NCBI GenBank assembly: GCA_963668175.1
Contig: OY764159.1
Location: 4,448,001 to 4,512,000 of the forward strand
Direction of reading: 5' to 3'
From: Syntrophales bacterium
GTDB taxonomy: Bacteria > Desulfobacterota > Syntrophia > Syntrophales > PHBD01
DNA length: 64,000 bases
Shown here: positions 38,560 to 49,175 of the stretch, piece by piece
Layout: each line of letters begins with the position of its first letter
Numbering within the stretch: position 1 is the first letter of the stretch
Translations under genes and position numbers: made by a program
The notes under the pieces: generated by a model
Seen by the model: only the letters and a program-made list of their open reading frames with translations
Databases searched by the model: none
Told to the model about the DNA's origin: nothing

Positions 38560-39495
38560 ATGAAAATCATCACTAGCATCAACGATATTCCTGCCGATCT
38601 GCACGGGTCCGTCGTCACCATCGGCAATTTCGACGGCGTCCATCTCGGCCATCAGTCCATATTCAAACAGGTCGTCGCCGATGCGCGCCAGGTCAACGGG
38701 AAAGCCGTCGTCATTACGTTCGACCCGCATCCGAAGATGGTCCTGCATCCGGAAAGGAGGCCCTTCTATCTGATAACGACCATCTCGGAGAAGGCGGCGC
38801 TCATTGCGCAGACGGGTATTGACGCATTGATCATCATTTCGTTTTCATTAGAATTCGCCAAGACCACGGCAGGAGAATTCGTGAATCATATCCTGTGGGA
38901 TAAGCTTCGCATCCGCAAAATCATCATCGGACACGATTACGCCTTCGGCAGGAACAAGGAGGGTAATGAAGCTTTTCTCGCCGCCCATGGGAAAAGATTG
39001 GGATTCGAGGTACAGGTGATTCATGCGTTCAGCATCGGAGATACGGTCATCAGCAGTACCCGTGTCCGCAACGCCTTGACGGCGGGCGAGATACGCCTTG
39101 CATCGGAATGGTTAGGACGCCCCTACAGTCTGGCCGGAACCGTCGTTCGCGGGCATCAAAGGGGCGCCGGTCTCGGTTTTCCCACGGCAAACATCCAATC
39201 GGACAAGCTCCCTCTTCCCCCGGACGGCGTGTACGCCGTCGTCGTATGCCTGGATGGAAACCGCTACCGCAGTGTCCTCAATATCGGGAACAACCCGACT
39301 TTCGGCGATGCGGCCCGAACCGTCGAGGCCTTCATCCTCGATTTCAAGGGTGACGTCTACGATAAGGACATCGAAGTCCTCTTCATCGACCGGATACGCC
39401 CGGAGATAAAATTTGACGGCCCGGAAAAATTGATCGCCCAGATCAAACAGGACATCGTTCAGGCCGAGACCATTCTCAAGGATATGCCGTCATAA
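38560..39495 (+). CDS. ribF: Bifunctional riboflavin kinase/FAD synthetase
   Basis: TIGNFDGVHLGHQ, TFDPHP, ISSTRVR, LGFPTAN, IRPEIKF. Confidence 0.96.
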   Translation: MKIITSINDIPADLHGSVVTIGNFDGVHLGHQSIFKQVVADARQVNGKAVVITFDPHPKMVLHPERRPFYLITTISEKAALIAQTGIDALIIISFSLEFAKTTAGEFVNHILWDKLRIRKIIIGHDYAFGRNKEGNEAFLAAHGKRLGFEVQVIHAFSIGDTVISSTRVRNALTAGEIRLASEWLGRPYSLAGTVVRGHQRGAGLGFPTANIQSDKLPLPPDGVYAVVVCLDGNRYRSVLNIGNNPTFGDAARTVEAFILDFKGDVYDKDIEVLFIDRIRPEIKFDGPEKLIAQIKQDIVQAETILKDMPS

Positions 39496-39499
39496 CTTT

Positions 39500-40189
39500 A
39501 TGAGAATTCGAAACCTGCATGCCTGGGACGTTACCTCCCGGGAAGCCGTGGCTCTCCAGCAGGAGATCAAAAGTCTCCTGATTCTTGGAGACGATGATCT
39601 TCCCCGACAGATCAGGACCGTAGCCGGGGCCGACATCTCCTACACCAAGGGCAGCGACCTTTTCTTCGCCGTCGTGCTGATCATGACCTTTCCGGATATG
39701 GACGTCATCGAAGAAGCGTCTTTCTGCGCACGAGTCGCTTTTCCTTACATCCCCGGCCTGCTGAGCTTCCGGGAGGGACCTCCCCTCCTTGAGGCCTTCG
39801 CCAAGATCAAAAACACCCCCGACGTCATCATCTTTGACGGACAGGGAATCAGCCATCCGCGGGGCGTGGGACTGGCGTCCCATATCGGTCTTTTCCTGGA
39901 TATCCCTGCGATCGGCTGCGCCAAAAAACGTCTGGTAGGCACCCATGCAGAGGTCGGTCTGCAGGCGGGGTCCGTTGCCGATTTGAGGCTCGGCGAGGAA
40001 ACCGTTGGGGCCGTCGTCCGGACCAAGACGAATGTCCGCCCTGTCTATATATCACCGGGACACAAGATCGGCCTTGAAAAGGCCGTCTCTGTCGTCCTCT
40101 CTTGCTGTCGCGGTTACCGGCTTCCGGAACCGGTGCGCAAGGCCCATCTGGCCGTGAATCGTCTGCGACTGGAAGGTGCACGAGCCTGA
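39500..40189 (+). CDS. nfi: Endonuclease V
   Basis: AGADIS, FPYIPGLLSFRE, DGQGISHPR, IGCAK, YISPGH, RLPEP. Confidence 0.96.
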   Translation: MRIRNLHAWDVTSREAVALQQEIKSLLILGDDDLPRQIRTVAGADISYTKGSDLFFAVVLIMTFPDMDVIEEASFCARVAFPYIPGLLSFREGPPLLEAFAKIKNTPDVIIFDGQGISHPRGVGLASHIGLFLDIPAIGCAKKRLVGTHAEVGLQAGSVADLRLGEETVGAVVRTKTNVRPVYISPGHKIGLEKAVSVVLSCCRGYRLPEPVRKAHLAVNRLRLEGARA

Positions 40190-40263
40190 CACTCGGATCT
40201 CACAAACCAGCCGTTTAAGAAACGCATTCAAAACGGCACCCGCCGACTGCCCGGACATCATTT

Positions 40264-43200
40264 CTATCGGCCGAGTATCACGTCCCCCGTATCGGTGATC
40301 AGTTTCAGCGGCAGTTGGAACAATCTCCTGAAGATATTCAGGACGCCCTCAGCCATGTCTTTGACCGGGACGGCCTGGACGTCCGGGTTGTCCCATTTGC
40401 CTTTGGCCGTAAAATACATTGTTACGAGGCTGTTGGTTTCGTTGGTAAGGATCCATCCTACAACGGGGATATGGCTCACGACCTTATCCACGGTTTGGAG
40501 CGGCTGTACGCCGATCGTCTCCTCCAATTCGCCCCGTACCAAATCCACCTTCCCGATGATGGTGATGTTCATGGCATCGCTCTTGACATAGAGATCGTCG
40601 CTCGCGAGGATACCATCCTTCAGGGTGAAGCGGCCGGTAATCTGACTGTAGGGCATACCGCCGCTGACCATGTCCGGAAGCTGAAACTTAAACAGCTGCG
40701 ATACGTTGAGGATTGAGAATACCTTTGAAAGGACCTGGAACTTATGCAGTGCGCCTTTATCCGCCCGCAGATTGACGGCTCCCGTCACTGTTCGCTTGAT
40801 ATCCGACAAATGGGTCCCGCTTCCTGCAAGGTCGCCTTTTATCGTCATGTCGCCCGTCATTAGCTCCGGGTCTAAACCGACCATCGCCATCGTCTGCCCG
40901 GCGGATATGTTATCGATATTGAAAGCGACCTGATAACGGGGCTCCGAGCGGTCCGTTAAAAAGACGCGGCCGCTCCCGGAAACGTTTCCTCCCAGGGCAT
41001 TGAAACGAAGGGAATCCACATAGAGGGTCTCCTGACGCCAGGAAAGATCGGCGCTGAGTTTATTGTATGGTACGGATTGCAGCTTCCCTTCCAGGGCATG
41101 GATCGTCGCCTTGACGGTCACCTCCGGAGACGTCCCGTTTCTTTTCGATTTCGCCAGGTCGGTAAAGATTTTCAAATCGTCCGTATCAAAGTGGGATGAT
41201 TGCACATGGATATCGTAATGGGGCTTCGGCATGTCCGTGACATGGCCGCTCACGGTCAGGTCCGACCCGTTGACGGTGGCTGCAAGCGATCTTATACGAA
41301 TCCCCCGGTCCGACCAATGAACGTTTCCCTTGAAGTCCTTTATCAAGACAGGACCGGCGGCTCCCTCCAGGCCGATGTCCCTGAGGTCCACGGCTTTCGC
41401 GGACAGGCGCAAATCCAGGGTGGGCTCGGTAAATCCGGAGAGAACGGCCCTGGCTTGAAAAGGCGTGCTGCCGATCTGTCCCCTTATGAGGGAGGTCTCC
41501 AGGTGCTCGTTCTGCAGTTGTACGGTACCGTTCAGGCTGCTGACGGCCTTTATCGCTTCGCCGGGCAGAAAGGAAACATCGGCTAACGTGACGGAACCCT
41601 GCCAACGGATATCGTCCGCAGCCCCGTCTATGCCGTCCAACCGGGCCGATACCCTGACGTTGCCGCTCGGACGCCATTTAGCGATTGCAGGAAATGCCGA
41701 TTCGATATCCTGTATCCTGAAAAGATTGGAATCGAAAGAAACGAAAGCCGCCCGTTTCCCACGGAAAGGATACAGACCGGAAACCTTGATGGATAATGGT
41801 GCAAGTTCATAGGTGCCGTCGACAAGCCTCGCTTCATTATCGTTCATAAGGGATTTAAAGACGACCCGGTTGGGTTGGCCCTGTCTTTTGACAAACGTAT
41901 CGTTATATCTGTAAGAAGCGTCGGTCAGATCCCAGTCGCCCTCCAGTTCATATTGGTCGTATGTTCCTTTTCCCGTCAATCTCAGGACCGATTTTCCGGA
42001 GAAGAATAACTTCTCCGCCCTCTCTTTGCCCAATAGCCACGCAATCTCGCGGGGGCCCGGCGTCATGGTCATCTGGAACGGATATGTCGTTGGCACGGAC
42101 ACGGGATAATCGGTGATCCTCCCGTCCAGCGATAGAGGTGATTCCCCGAAATAACCGGACATCTGGCGGAGATAAAAATCCTTATCCTTGAGTTCCAGTT
42201 CTCCCGATATTTTCGTGAACTTAGGAATCGTCTCGCCGAACGTCATTTGCCCGTTTTTCACACCGGCCCTGATATGGAGGGTTTTGTAATTCTCGTTCGT
42301 GCCCATGTGGGCGATCTGGCTCACCCGTCCCGCCAGCGACCCTTCCAGGAGTTGATAAGTGCCTCCCGTGATGTGCTTCTTAATAAATCCGGCCACGCTT
42401 CCGGGAATGATACCGTAGGGAATGTACGTGATGTAAGACTCCAGGGAAAAGGGGGTTGTCGTCGCCGATGCAGACAGGAACGGATCATTCTTGTCCAAAT
42501 CTTTCATGGCGAAGCGACCCGTAATGTTCATGCCGTCAACCGTCACCCTGATATTTTCAACGGCAATGTCCGAAGGGCTCTTCTTTAATTGGCATGTAAC
42601 TTTAATGTCCTGCGGCTTCAGGACGGCAGGAAAGACGCCCGGATAAGCCAAAACGGCTTTTTGGACGGCAACGGTCCCGGAAATACTGAAGTTGTCGATA
42701 TCGCCTTTCAGATGACTGTCGAGATTGAGCCGACCGGCCATTTTCTCAAAGGGCACACAGGGACGGTAATAAGGCCAGAACTGCTCCAGGGACAATCCCC
42801 GGCACACGAGACCGCCTTCCAGCCTGCTCCTGTACAAAGGAACCGTTGCGGCGGCAATGCCGATCTTTCCATGCAGGGCGATATCTCCCTTGACGTCTCC
42901 CTGAATGACGGCTGTTTCCAGGTCCAGGTGGGATGCTTCTCCCCGTCGCAGATCGCCGATCCGGAAACGGATGCCGTCCAGTACGGTCTTGATCCCCGTC
43001 TGGCTTATCTTTTGGTCGAGAAATTCGATGTGTCCGCCGTTGACCGCCAACCCCCTGATTTCGACGGACCGGGGGGCTTCCTTCTTGCTTCCGATGAGAT
43101 CGCTGATATTGAATTCACCTGACGGATACCGGAGCAGCGTCAGTCTGGGTTTCTCCATAAGAAGCCTCTTGATGACGACCTGTTTCCGGAAGAGCGGCAG

Positions 43201-43491
43201 CAACGCCACCCTTAGTTCCAGCCGGTCCATGGCGGCGAAGGTAGATGAGCCGTCTCTTTCCCGGATTTGTATGCCCCGGAAGGTAAGGACGGGCCCTAAG
43301 GAAAAAGATAAATCGGCACTGTCGTAGGACACGTCGCGGTTGAGCGACGTCTTGAATGCCCGGACGATTTCTTCCTTATGGGTGGCAAGATCGGCCAGGC
43401 CGAGATAAGCGACGACCAGGCCGGCAGCGACAAGCAGAACCGCAAGGATGGATAAGATAATTACGATCTTTTTTCGGCGGGGCTTCATCAT
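40264..43491 (-). CDS. AsmA/YhdP-like bridge-type lipid transfer protein
   Basis: N-terminal TM anchor, long beta-rich body, C-terminal AsmA_2-like region (PYSQITGRF.LKDG, IPVVGWIL, GKWDNPDV). Start could also be 43488 or 43497. Confidence 0.82.
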   Translation of the reverse strand: MMKPRRKKIVIILSILAVLLVAAGLVVAYLGLADLATHKEEIVRAFKTSLNRDVSYDSADLSFSLGPVLTFRGIQIRERDGSSTFAAMDRLELRVALLPLFRKQVVIKRLLMEKPRLTLLRYPSGEFNISDLIGSKKEAPRSVEIRGLAVNGGHIEFLDQKISQTGIKTVLDGIRFRIGDLRRGEASHLDLETAVIQGDVKGDIALHGKIGIAAATVPLYRSRLEGGLVCRGLSLEQFWPYYRPCVPFEKMAGRLNLDSHLKGDIDNFSISGTVAVQKAVLAYPGVFPAVLKPQDIKVTCQLKKSPSDIAVENIRVTVDGMNITGRFAMKDLDKNDPFLSASATTTPFSLESYITYIPYGIIPGSVAGFIKKHITGGTYQLLEGSLAGRVSQIAHMGTNENYKTLHIRAGVKNGQMTFGETIPKFTKISGELELKDKDFYLRQMSGYFGESPLSLDGRITDYPVSVPTTYPFQMTMTPGPREIAWLLGKERAEKLFFSGKSVLRLTGKGTYDQYELEGDWDLTDASYRYNDTFVKRQGQPNRVVFKSLMNDNEARLVDGTYELAPLSIKVSGLYPFRGKRAAFVSFDSNLFRIQDIESAFPAIAKWRPSGNVRVSARLDGIDGAADDIRWQGSVTLADVSFLPGEAIKAVSSLNGTVQLQNEHLETSLIRGQIGSTPFQARAVLSGFTEPTLDLRLSAKAVDLRDIGLEGAAGPVLIKDFKGNVHWSDRGIRIRSLAATVNGSDLTVSGHVTDMPKPHYDIHVQSSHFDTDDLKIFTDLAKSKRNGTSPEVTVKATIHALEGKLQSVPYNKLSADLSWRQETLYVDSLRFNALGGNVSGSGRVFLTDRSEPRYQVAFNIDNISAGQTMAMVGLDPELMTGDMTIKGDLAGSGTHLSDIKRTVTGAVNLRADKGALHKFQVLSKVFSILNVSQLFKFQLPDMVSGGMPYSQITGRFTLKDGILASDDLYVKSDAMNITIIGKVDLVRGELEETIGVQPLQTVDKVVSHIPVVGWILTNETNSLVTMYFTAKGKWDNPDVQAVPVKDMAEGVLNIFRRLFQLPLKLITDTGDVILGR

Positions 43492-43803
43492 CGGCAACCT
43501 ATGGGGACGACGTACAGGTTAAAGACGGGAAGGCATGAATATGACGCCGTACGGGAGCTTCCCGGCCGACCGGGTCCAAAGAAGACGGGAATATTCTTTC
43601 AAATTGACCTGACGGGTCCTCTCAATCCTTAATCCGCATAATCGGAGATCAAAGTTTAATAACGGGCATCTCCCTTTTTGAACACCATTGATCAAATTAG
43701 GTTTTCGACAGCGGGCGACAACGGCAGATTTTCCGTACCTCCATGGATTCACAGGATAGCGCTATAAATCCCTTCGGTCAATACCTTGCGACGCTTGGTT
43801 GCC

Positions 43804-44373
43804 TTAGTCTTTTTGATAGACGGACATTACTTCCGTTCTTGTCAGAACGGAATCCACGCGGTCCACAAGCGCCTGGATGTTTTCCCGGCCGCCCTCTTCG
43901 CGGTCAATGAGGGCAATGACCCTCTCCACGGCCAGCCCCGCCTCGCGTGCTTTTTCTATGGCCGTGATCGTTGATCCCCCCGTCGTGATGACATCGTCGA
44001 TGATGACGACCTTCTCGCCTTTGGCGACATTCCCTTCGACGGCGCTCCTGGTGCCGTGATCCTTCACGTCCTTCCTGACCACGAAAGACTTTATCGGCCT
44101 TCCTCTCTGAAAAGATATGACGGACAGGGCATTGGCGATCGGATCGGCCCCGAGTGTCAGACCGCCGGCGGCGGTGACTTCGGACGAAGCCAGCATGTCG
44201 AAGACAATCTGCCCGATAAGGTTCATGCCCTCGGGATCGAGCGTCGTCGGCTTGCAGTTGAAATAGTAATTGCTGGTCTTCCCTGACGCCAGTGTAAAAG
44301 GCGGATTGTCCCTGTATTTGAACGATTTCTCGATGATGATTTCAGCCAGTCTCTTTTTCAGCGGGTTTTCCAT
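43804..44373 (-). CDS. pyrE: Orotate phosphoribosyltransferase
   Basis: FTLASGKTS.YY, VRK..KDHG, IIDDVITTGGS. Confidence 0.95.
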   Translation of the reverse strand: MENPLKKRLAEIIIEKSFKYRDNPPFTLASGKTSNYYFNCKPTTLDPEGMNLIGQIVFDMLASSEVTAAGGLTLGADPIANALSVISFQRGRPIKSFVVRKDVKDHGTRSAVEGNVAKGEKVVIIDDVITTGGSTITAIEKAREAGLAVERVIALIDREEGGRENIQALVDRVDSVLTRTEVMSVYQKD

Positions 44374-44388
44374 GCTTTCCCTCCCGTT

Positions 44389-46806
44389 TTAGTTTTTCTT
44401 GATCCTCAACAGCTCTTCAACGACGCGAACGGCCTCCACGCCGTCCTTCGCATAGGCGGCCCCGATGGAATCAGCGAACGACCTTGTCACCACGGCGCCG
44501 CCGACGATGAAGCGGCAGCCCGGCAATTCTTTTCCGGCAAGGGCGACGATATCCTTCATGTTGACCATGGTGGTCGTCATCAGGGCGGAGAGGCCAATGA
44601 TATCCGGATGCAACTTGCCGGCGGCATGAACGATATCCTCATTCGGCACGTCCTTACCGAGATCAATGACGCGGTAACCGTGATTCCTGAGTATCAGGGC
44701 GACGATATTCTTGCCGATGTCGTGGATGTCCCCTTTGACCGTCGCCAGCATGATGACGCCCTTGTCGGCTGCCTGGGCATTCTCTTTCTGCAGAAACGGA
44801 TCGAGATAAGATATGCCTTTCTTCATCGCCTCTGCGCTGGCAATGAGCTGAGGCAGGAAATACTCTTTTCTCTCATAGAATTCACCGACCCGGACAATGG
44901 CCGGAATCATGAATGCATCGACGAGGCGCGAAGGTTCGATCCCCCCGTTCATTGCCGTTTTTATAAAATCCGTGATCTCTTCCCGGTTTCCTTCCAGGAT
45001 GGCCGTGTGGACCTTCTGTTCCGGACTTCGGTTTTCGACATCCTCAGGCGGAAGGGACGGTTTCTTGAAATTCGTGATATAGGCGGCTGCGTCCTTATCG
45101 CGCAACTGGAGGACGTCCCCTGCCCGTTTGACATGCATGAACTCGTCGCTCTCGGGATTGGCTATGGCCATCGTCAACCCCGCCGACTGCGCCATGGCGA
45201 GGAAAGCCGCATTCATCCACTTTCTTTCCGGCATGCCGAAAGAGACATTGGAAAGGCCCAAAACAGTCCTGACCTTGAAGTTCGCCCGGCACCAGGCGAC
45301 AACGTCCAGAGTTTCGCGGGCGGCCTGCGGATTCGAGGCCACCGTCATCGTCAATCCGTCCACGACGATGTCGTCCTTAACGAATCCCAAACGACGCGCT
45401 TCGCGGTATATCATCTTGATGACCTTGATGCGTTTGGCAGCCGTTTCCGGTATTTCCCCCTCCGTCAGGGGCAGAAGAACAAACATCGCCCCGTATTTGG
45501 CCGCGATCGGCAGCAGCTTCGTCAGTTTTTCCTTCTCCCCGGAAATGGAATTGATCAGGGCCCGGCCGGCATAAATCCGCAAGGCAGCCTCGATCGTTTC
45601 TATCTTCGCCGAATCGATCACCAGGGGCGCCGATGCCGTGGTCATTAAAACGTGCAGAACGTTCCTGATGGCCTTGATTTCATCCAGGCCCGGGACGCCG
45701 ACGTTCACATCGAGCAGGTCGGCCCCCTTCTTTTCCTGCTCCTTGGCCATTTGCCGGACGATGGCGGTCTTCCCCTCCAGCAGTTCCTGCTGCAGCGCCT
45801 TCTTGCCCGTCGGGTTGAGCCTCTCGCCTATGACATACAGCGGTTTGCTCTCGTCGAAAACAACATGACTCCGCGGCGAACTGACGGCGCTCAAAGATTT
45901 CACCCATGGAGGCATTGGAACACCATCTTCCAAATTCCGGCGCAACGCCGAGATATGGTCCGGAGATGTGCCGCAGCAGCCGCCCATCAGGTTTACACCG
46001 CCTGCAGCGAACCGCGGTCCAAAGGACGCGAACGTCGCCGCATCCATGTCGAAAATCGCCTTATTATCCACAAGCCTGGGAAGACCGGCATTGGGCTTGG
46101 CCACGAGCGGCACTTTCGCGTACGGTTTCATGGCGGAGATGAGATCGATCATCCCGTCCGGTCCCATCGAACAGTTGCAGCCGACCGCGTCGGCCCCAAG
46201 GCTCTGCAGCGTTATCAGGGCGGCCACCGGATCGGTGCCGTTAAGCGTACGGCCGTCTTTCTCGAAGGTCATCGTGACCATCGTAAAGATACGGCCCAGT
46301 TCTTTGACGGCGATGAGGGCGGCCCGGGCTTCCTGGATATCGATCATCGTTTCGATGACGATAAGGTCCGCGCCCCCCTGGATGAGACCTGAGGCCTGCT
46401 CCTTGAAGGCGGCAACCGCCTCTTCAAACCCGAGATCTCCAAAGGGTTCGATAAAACGCCCCGTAGGTCCCATATCCCCCGCGATAAGCGCTTTCTTTCC
46501 CGCCGCTCGCTTCGCCAGCGCCGCCAGCTCGCGGTTAATCTCCAGGATATTTTCCGCGCCGTACTCGGCGAGCTTTAGACGGTTGGCCCCAAATGTACAG
46601 GTATAGATGATATCGGCGCCGGCATCCAGATAAGAGCTGTGAATATCCGCCAGCACGGCCGGGTTTTCGAGACTCCACAACTCCAGACTTGCTCCCGGCG
46701 GCATTCCCCGCTTATACAGTTCCGTACCGGTCGCCCCATCCAGGATAGCGATCTTTTTCTGCAGCAAACGATTGATATTCGATCTTCTCAAAACAGTGTC
46801 CTTCAT
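44389..46806 (-). CDS. metH: Cobalamin-dependent methionine synthase core (Hcy-binding, pterin-binding, B12 domains; no activation domain)
   Basis: LDGATGT, GCNC, GGCCGT, IGERLNPTG, GLSNVSFG, TVKGDIHDIGKN, SALMTTT. Confidence 0.92.
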   Translation of the reverse strand: MKDTVLRRSNINRLLQKKIAILDGATGTELYKRGMPPGASLELWSLENPAVLADIHSSYLDAGADIIYTCTFGANRLKLAEYGAENILEINRELAALAKRAAGKKALIAGDMGPTGRFIEPFGDLGFEEAVAAFKEQASGLIQGGADLIVIETMIDIQEARAALIAVKELGRIFTMVTMTFEKDGRTLNGTDPVAALITLQSLGADAVGCNCSMGPDGMIDLISAMKPYAKVPLVAKPNAGLPRLVDNKAIFDMDAATFASFGPRFAAGGVNLMGGCCGTSPDHISALRRNLEDGVPMPPWVKSLSAVSSPRSHVVFDESKPLYVIGERLNPTGKKALQQELLEGKTAIVRQMAKEQEKKGADLLDVNVGVPGLDEIKAIRNVLHVLMTTASAPLVIDSAKIETIEAALRIYAGRALINSISGEKEKLTKLLPIAAKYGAMFVLLPLTEGEIPETAAKRIKVIKMIYREARRLGFVKDDIVVDGLTMTVASNPQAARETLDVVAWCRANFKVRTVLGLSNVSFGMPERKWMNAAFLAMAQSAGLTMAIANPESDEFMHVKRAGDVLQLRDKDAAAYITNFKKPSLPPEDVENRSPEQKVHTAILEGNREEITDFIKTAMNGGIEPSRLVDAFMIPAIVRVGEFYERKEYFLPQLIASAEAMKKGISYLDPFLQKENAQAADKGVIMLATVKGDIHDIGKNIVALILRNHGYRVIDLGKDVPNEDIVHAAGKLHPDIIGLSALMTTTMVNMKDIVALAGKELPGCRFIVGGAVVTRSFADSIGAAYAKDGVEAVRVVEELLRIKKN

Positions 46807-46874
46807 GCGTGAATCGGTTACGATGCCTCGAAAAAGTTTTTTCTGCCTCGCATCACAACTCTGATCCGGTTTCT

Positions 46875-47498
46875 CTACGACATGACGCCCGTCACCGCCG
46901 TGACCGATTTCTCGGGAACGAGGATACAGCTTTCCGTCAGTTCCACGCCGATCCGTTCCATCTCCAGAAGCCCGTACATGATCCGCTGATTCTCCAGGAG
47001 CAAGTCGCCGTAGCCGGCCGAAAAGCGCTTCTTCATGAGCGCCCTGCCTTCCCTAAGCAGGTGCCTGCTAAAATAATCCATCATCCAGTCCAGGGCATGA
47101 TCCACGATTTCACTTGCGGCCGCGTCCAGGACGATCCCCCGGGTCATGCGATCCCCGGCGGCATCCTCCCGGATGGCCTCCATGATCTCGGGTCCCGCCG
47201 TACATCCCATGAGGACAATTTCCGTTGATCCCGCAAGAAAATCGGCCAGGTTCCTACTTGAAAGGACCAGATCCTGCGGAAGATAAATCCTCGCATCCCG
47301 GATGTCACGAATCTTCAGCCGTCTCGCCACGCCCTGCAAACGTATCAGCGAAGAGGCATCGTCGATGTAGGCCTCGATCTCCTCCTTCCGGATCTGGGAC
47401 AGTTTTGTCATGTCCTTCCGGAAACCCAGGCGTTTGTATATCTGCGGGCGCGGTATGTCAATCGAGATGTGATGAAATAATATTACGGAGGAGGTCAT
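46875..47498 (-). CDS. Stand-alone methionine synthase activation (AdoMet-binding) domain
   Basis: LDAAASE, RFSAGYGD, IGVELTESCILVPEKSVTA. Directly upstream of the metH core. Confidence 0.85.
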   Translation of the reverse strand: MTSSVILFHHISIDIPRPQIYKRLGFRKDMTKLSQIRKEEIEAYIDDASSLIRLQGVARRLKIRDIRDARIYLPQDLVLSSRNLADFLAGSTEIVLMGCTAGPEIMEAIREDAAGDRMTRGIVLDAAASEIVDHALDWMMDYFSRHLLREGRALMKKRFSAGYGDLLLENQRIMYGLLEMERIGVELTESCILVPEKSVTAVTGVMS

Positions 47499-47507
47499 GG
47501 GGTATGA

Positions 47508-48608
47508 TTACGCCGCCTTTGAGATGATCGCCTGTATCTTCTCGATGACCGCATCGCCCATTTCGCGCGTACCCAGGAGAATTGTTCCTTCTTCGTAGAT
47601 ATCCCTGGTCCGGAACCTTTCCCCGAGTACGCCCCGGACGGCGTCTTCGATGATTGCGCCGTATCCGGGCATATTCAGCGAATTTCTGAACATCATGGCC
47701 ACCGACAATATCGTGGCCAGTGGATTGGCTATGTTTTTGCCGGCGATATCCGGCGCCGACCCGTGAATCGGTTCGTACATGGCGGACTTCCGGCCCAGGC
47801 TGGCCGAGGGAAGCATGCCTATCGAACCGGTCAGCATGGAGGCCTCGTCGCTCAGGATATCCCCGAACATGTTGCCCGTTACGATGACGTCGAACTGCCC
47901 CGGATCGCGGATGAGCTGCATGGCGCAATTGTCCACGTACATGTGGTGAAGTTCCACATCGGGATAGTCTCGGCCCACTTCCGTAACCACGTCCCGCCAC
48001 ATTTGCGTACATTCGAGGACGTTGGCCTTGTCGACGGACATGACTTTTTTTCGCCGCAGCCTCGCCAGCTCGAACGCAATCCGGGCAATACGCTCGACTT
48101 CGTCCTCGCTGTAGATCATCGTATTGACACCGATGCGCCGCCCATCTTCCAAGCGGACGCCCCTCGGGGTTCCGAAATAGAGATCCCCCGTCAGTTCCCG
48201 GACGATCATGATGTCGATGCCGCTGATGATGTCCCGCTTGAGGGGCGAGGCGTCGATGAGATCGTCGAAGACGATGACCGGCCGCAGATTTGCAAAGAGT
48301 CCCATCTTTTCCCTGAGCCCCAGGAGGGCCCTTTCCGGCCTGAGCTGATATTCAAGCCCCTCCCAGGCCGGTCCGCCGACGGCCCCCAGAAGGACGGCAT
48401 CGCTGTTGAGCGCCATTTCCAGGCTCTCTTCGGGAAGGGGTTTTCCATGCACGTCATAGGCGGCGCCTCCGACAAGGCCCTCGCGAACGTCAAATCTGAC
48501 GCCGGCCGCCGTCTCGACGAGTTCGAGAACCCTCACGGCCTCCCGCATCACTTCCTGTCCGATCCCGTCGCCGGGAAACACGGCTATTTTAAAAATTTTC
48601 TTTTCCAT
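47508..48608 (-). CDS. leuB: 3-isopropylmalate dehydrogenase
   Basis: [43 protein letters not shown]. Confidence 0.96.
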   Translation of the reverse strand: MEKKIFKIAVFPGDGIGQEVMREAVRVLELVETAAGVRFDVREGLVGGAAYDVHGKPLPEESLEMALNSDAVLLGAVGGPAWEGLEYQLRPERALLGLREKMGLFANLRPVIVFDDLIDASPLKRDIISGIDIMIVRELTGDLYFGTPRGVRLEDGRRIGVNTMIYSEDEVERIARIAFELARLRRKKVMSVDKANVLECTQMWRDVVTEVGRDYPDVELHHMYVDNCAMQLIRDPGQFDVIVTGNMFGDILSDEASMLTGSIGMLPSASLGRKSAMYEPIHGSAPDIAGKNIANPLATILSVAMMFRNSLNMPGYGAIIEDAVRGVLGERFRTRDIYEEGTILLGTREMGDAVIEKIQAIISKAA

Positions 48609-49092
48609 ATCCCATCTTGATGACATGTTTAATTAGACCGCCGTCGACTACGAGTTTTTGCATGAATTCCGGGACTACCTGGATCTGCAGCGTCTCTCCA
48701 CCTTCTATCCTGATCGTTCCCGCGCTGCCGTCAATCTCGATGAACTGACCGTCTTGCACTTTGTCCCACAAATCTACCGATTCGAAGATCGGAAGCCCCA
48801 TATTGAACGCATTGCGATAAAAGATGCGGGCAAAACTCTTCGCCACCACCGAAGCGATACCGGCGGCCTTGATCGCGATCGGGGCATGTTCCCGGGAAGA
48901 CCCGCACCCGAAATTATCGCCGGCGACGATGATGTCTCCGGCCGCGATTTTGCCTATGAACCCCGGATCGGCGTCTTCCATGCAGTGCGCAGCCAGAAAG
49001 GCCGGATCGGAAGAGTTGATGTATCTCGCCGGAATGATGGCGTCCGTATCGATATTGTTGCCGAATTTCCATGCCCTGCCCACAAACTTCAT
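48589..49092 (-). CDS. leuD: 3-isopropylmalate dehydratase small subunit
   Basis: [33 protein letters not shown]. Confidence 0.94.
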   Translation of the reverse strand: MKFVGRAWKFGNNIDTDAIIPARYINSSDPAFLAAHCMEDADPGFIGKIAAGDIIVAGDNFGCGSSREHAPIAIKAAGIASVVAKSFARIFYRNAFNMGLPIFESVDLWDKVQDGQFIEIDGSAGTIRIEGGETLQIQVVPEFMQKLVVDGGLIKHVIKMGYGKENF

Positions 49093-49175
49093 GAGGAAAC
49101 GCCCCCTTTGTGCCGCCGGCTGCTTTCTTCTGTGCAATACCGGCCGGAAATATTCAAAAGTTATCTTCTGTTTTC

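Noticed and set aside
44608..46392. 346-aa and 246-aa plus-strand ORFs
   Set aside because: Antisense shadows of metH.
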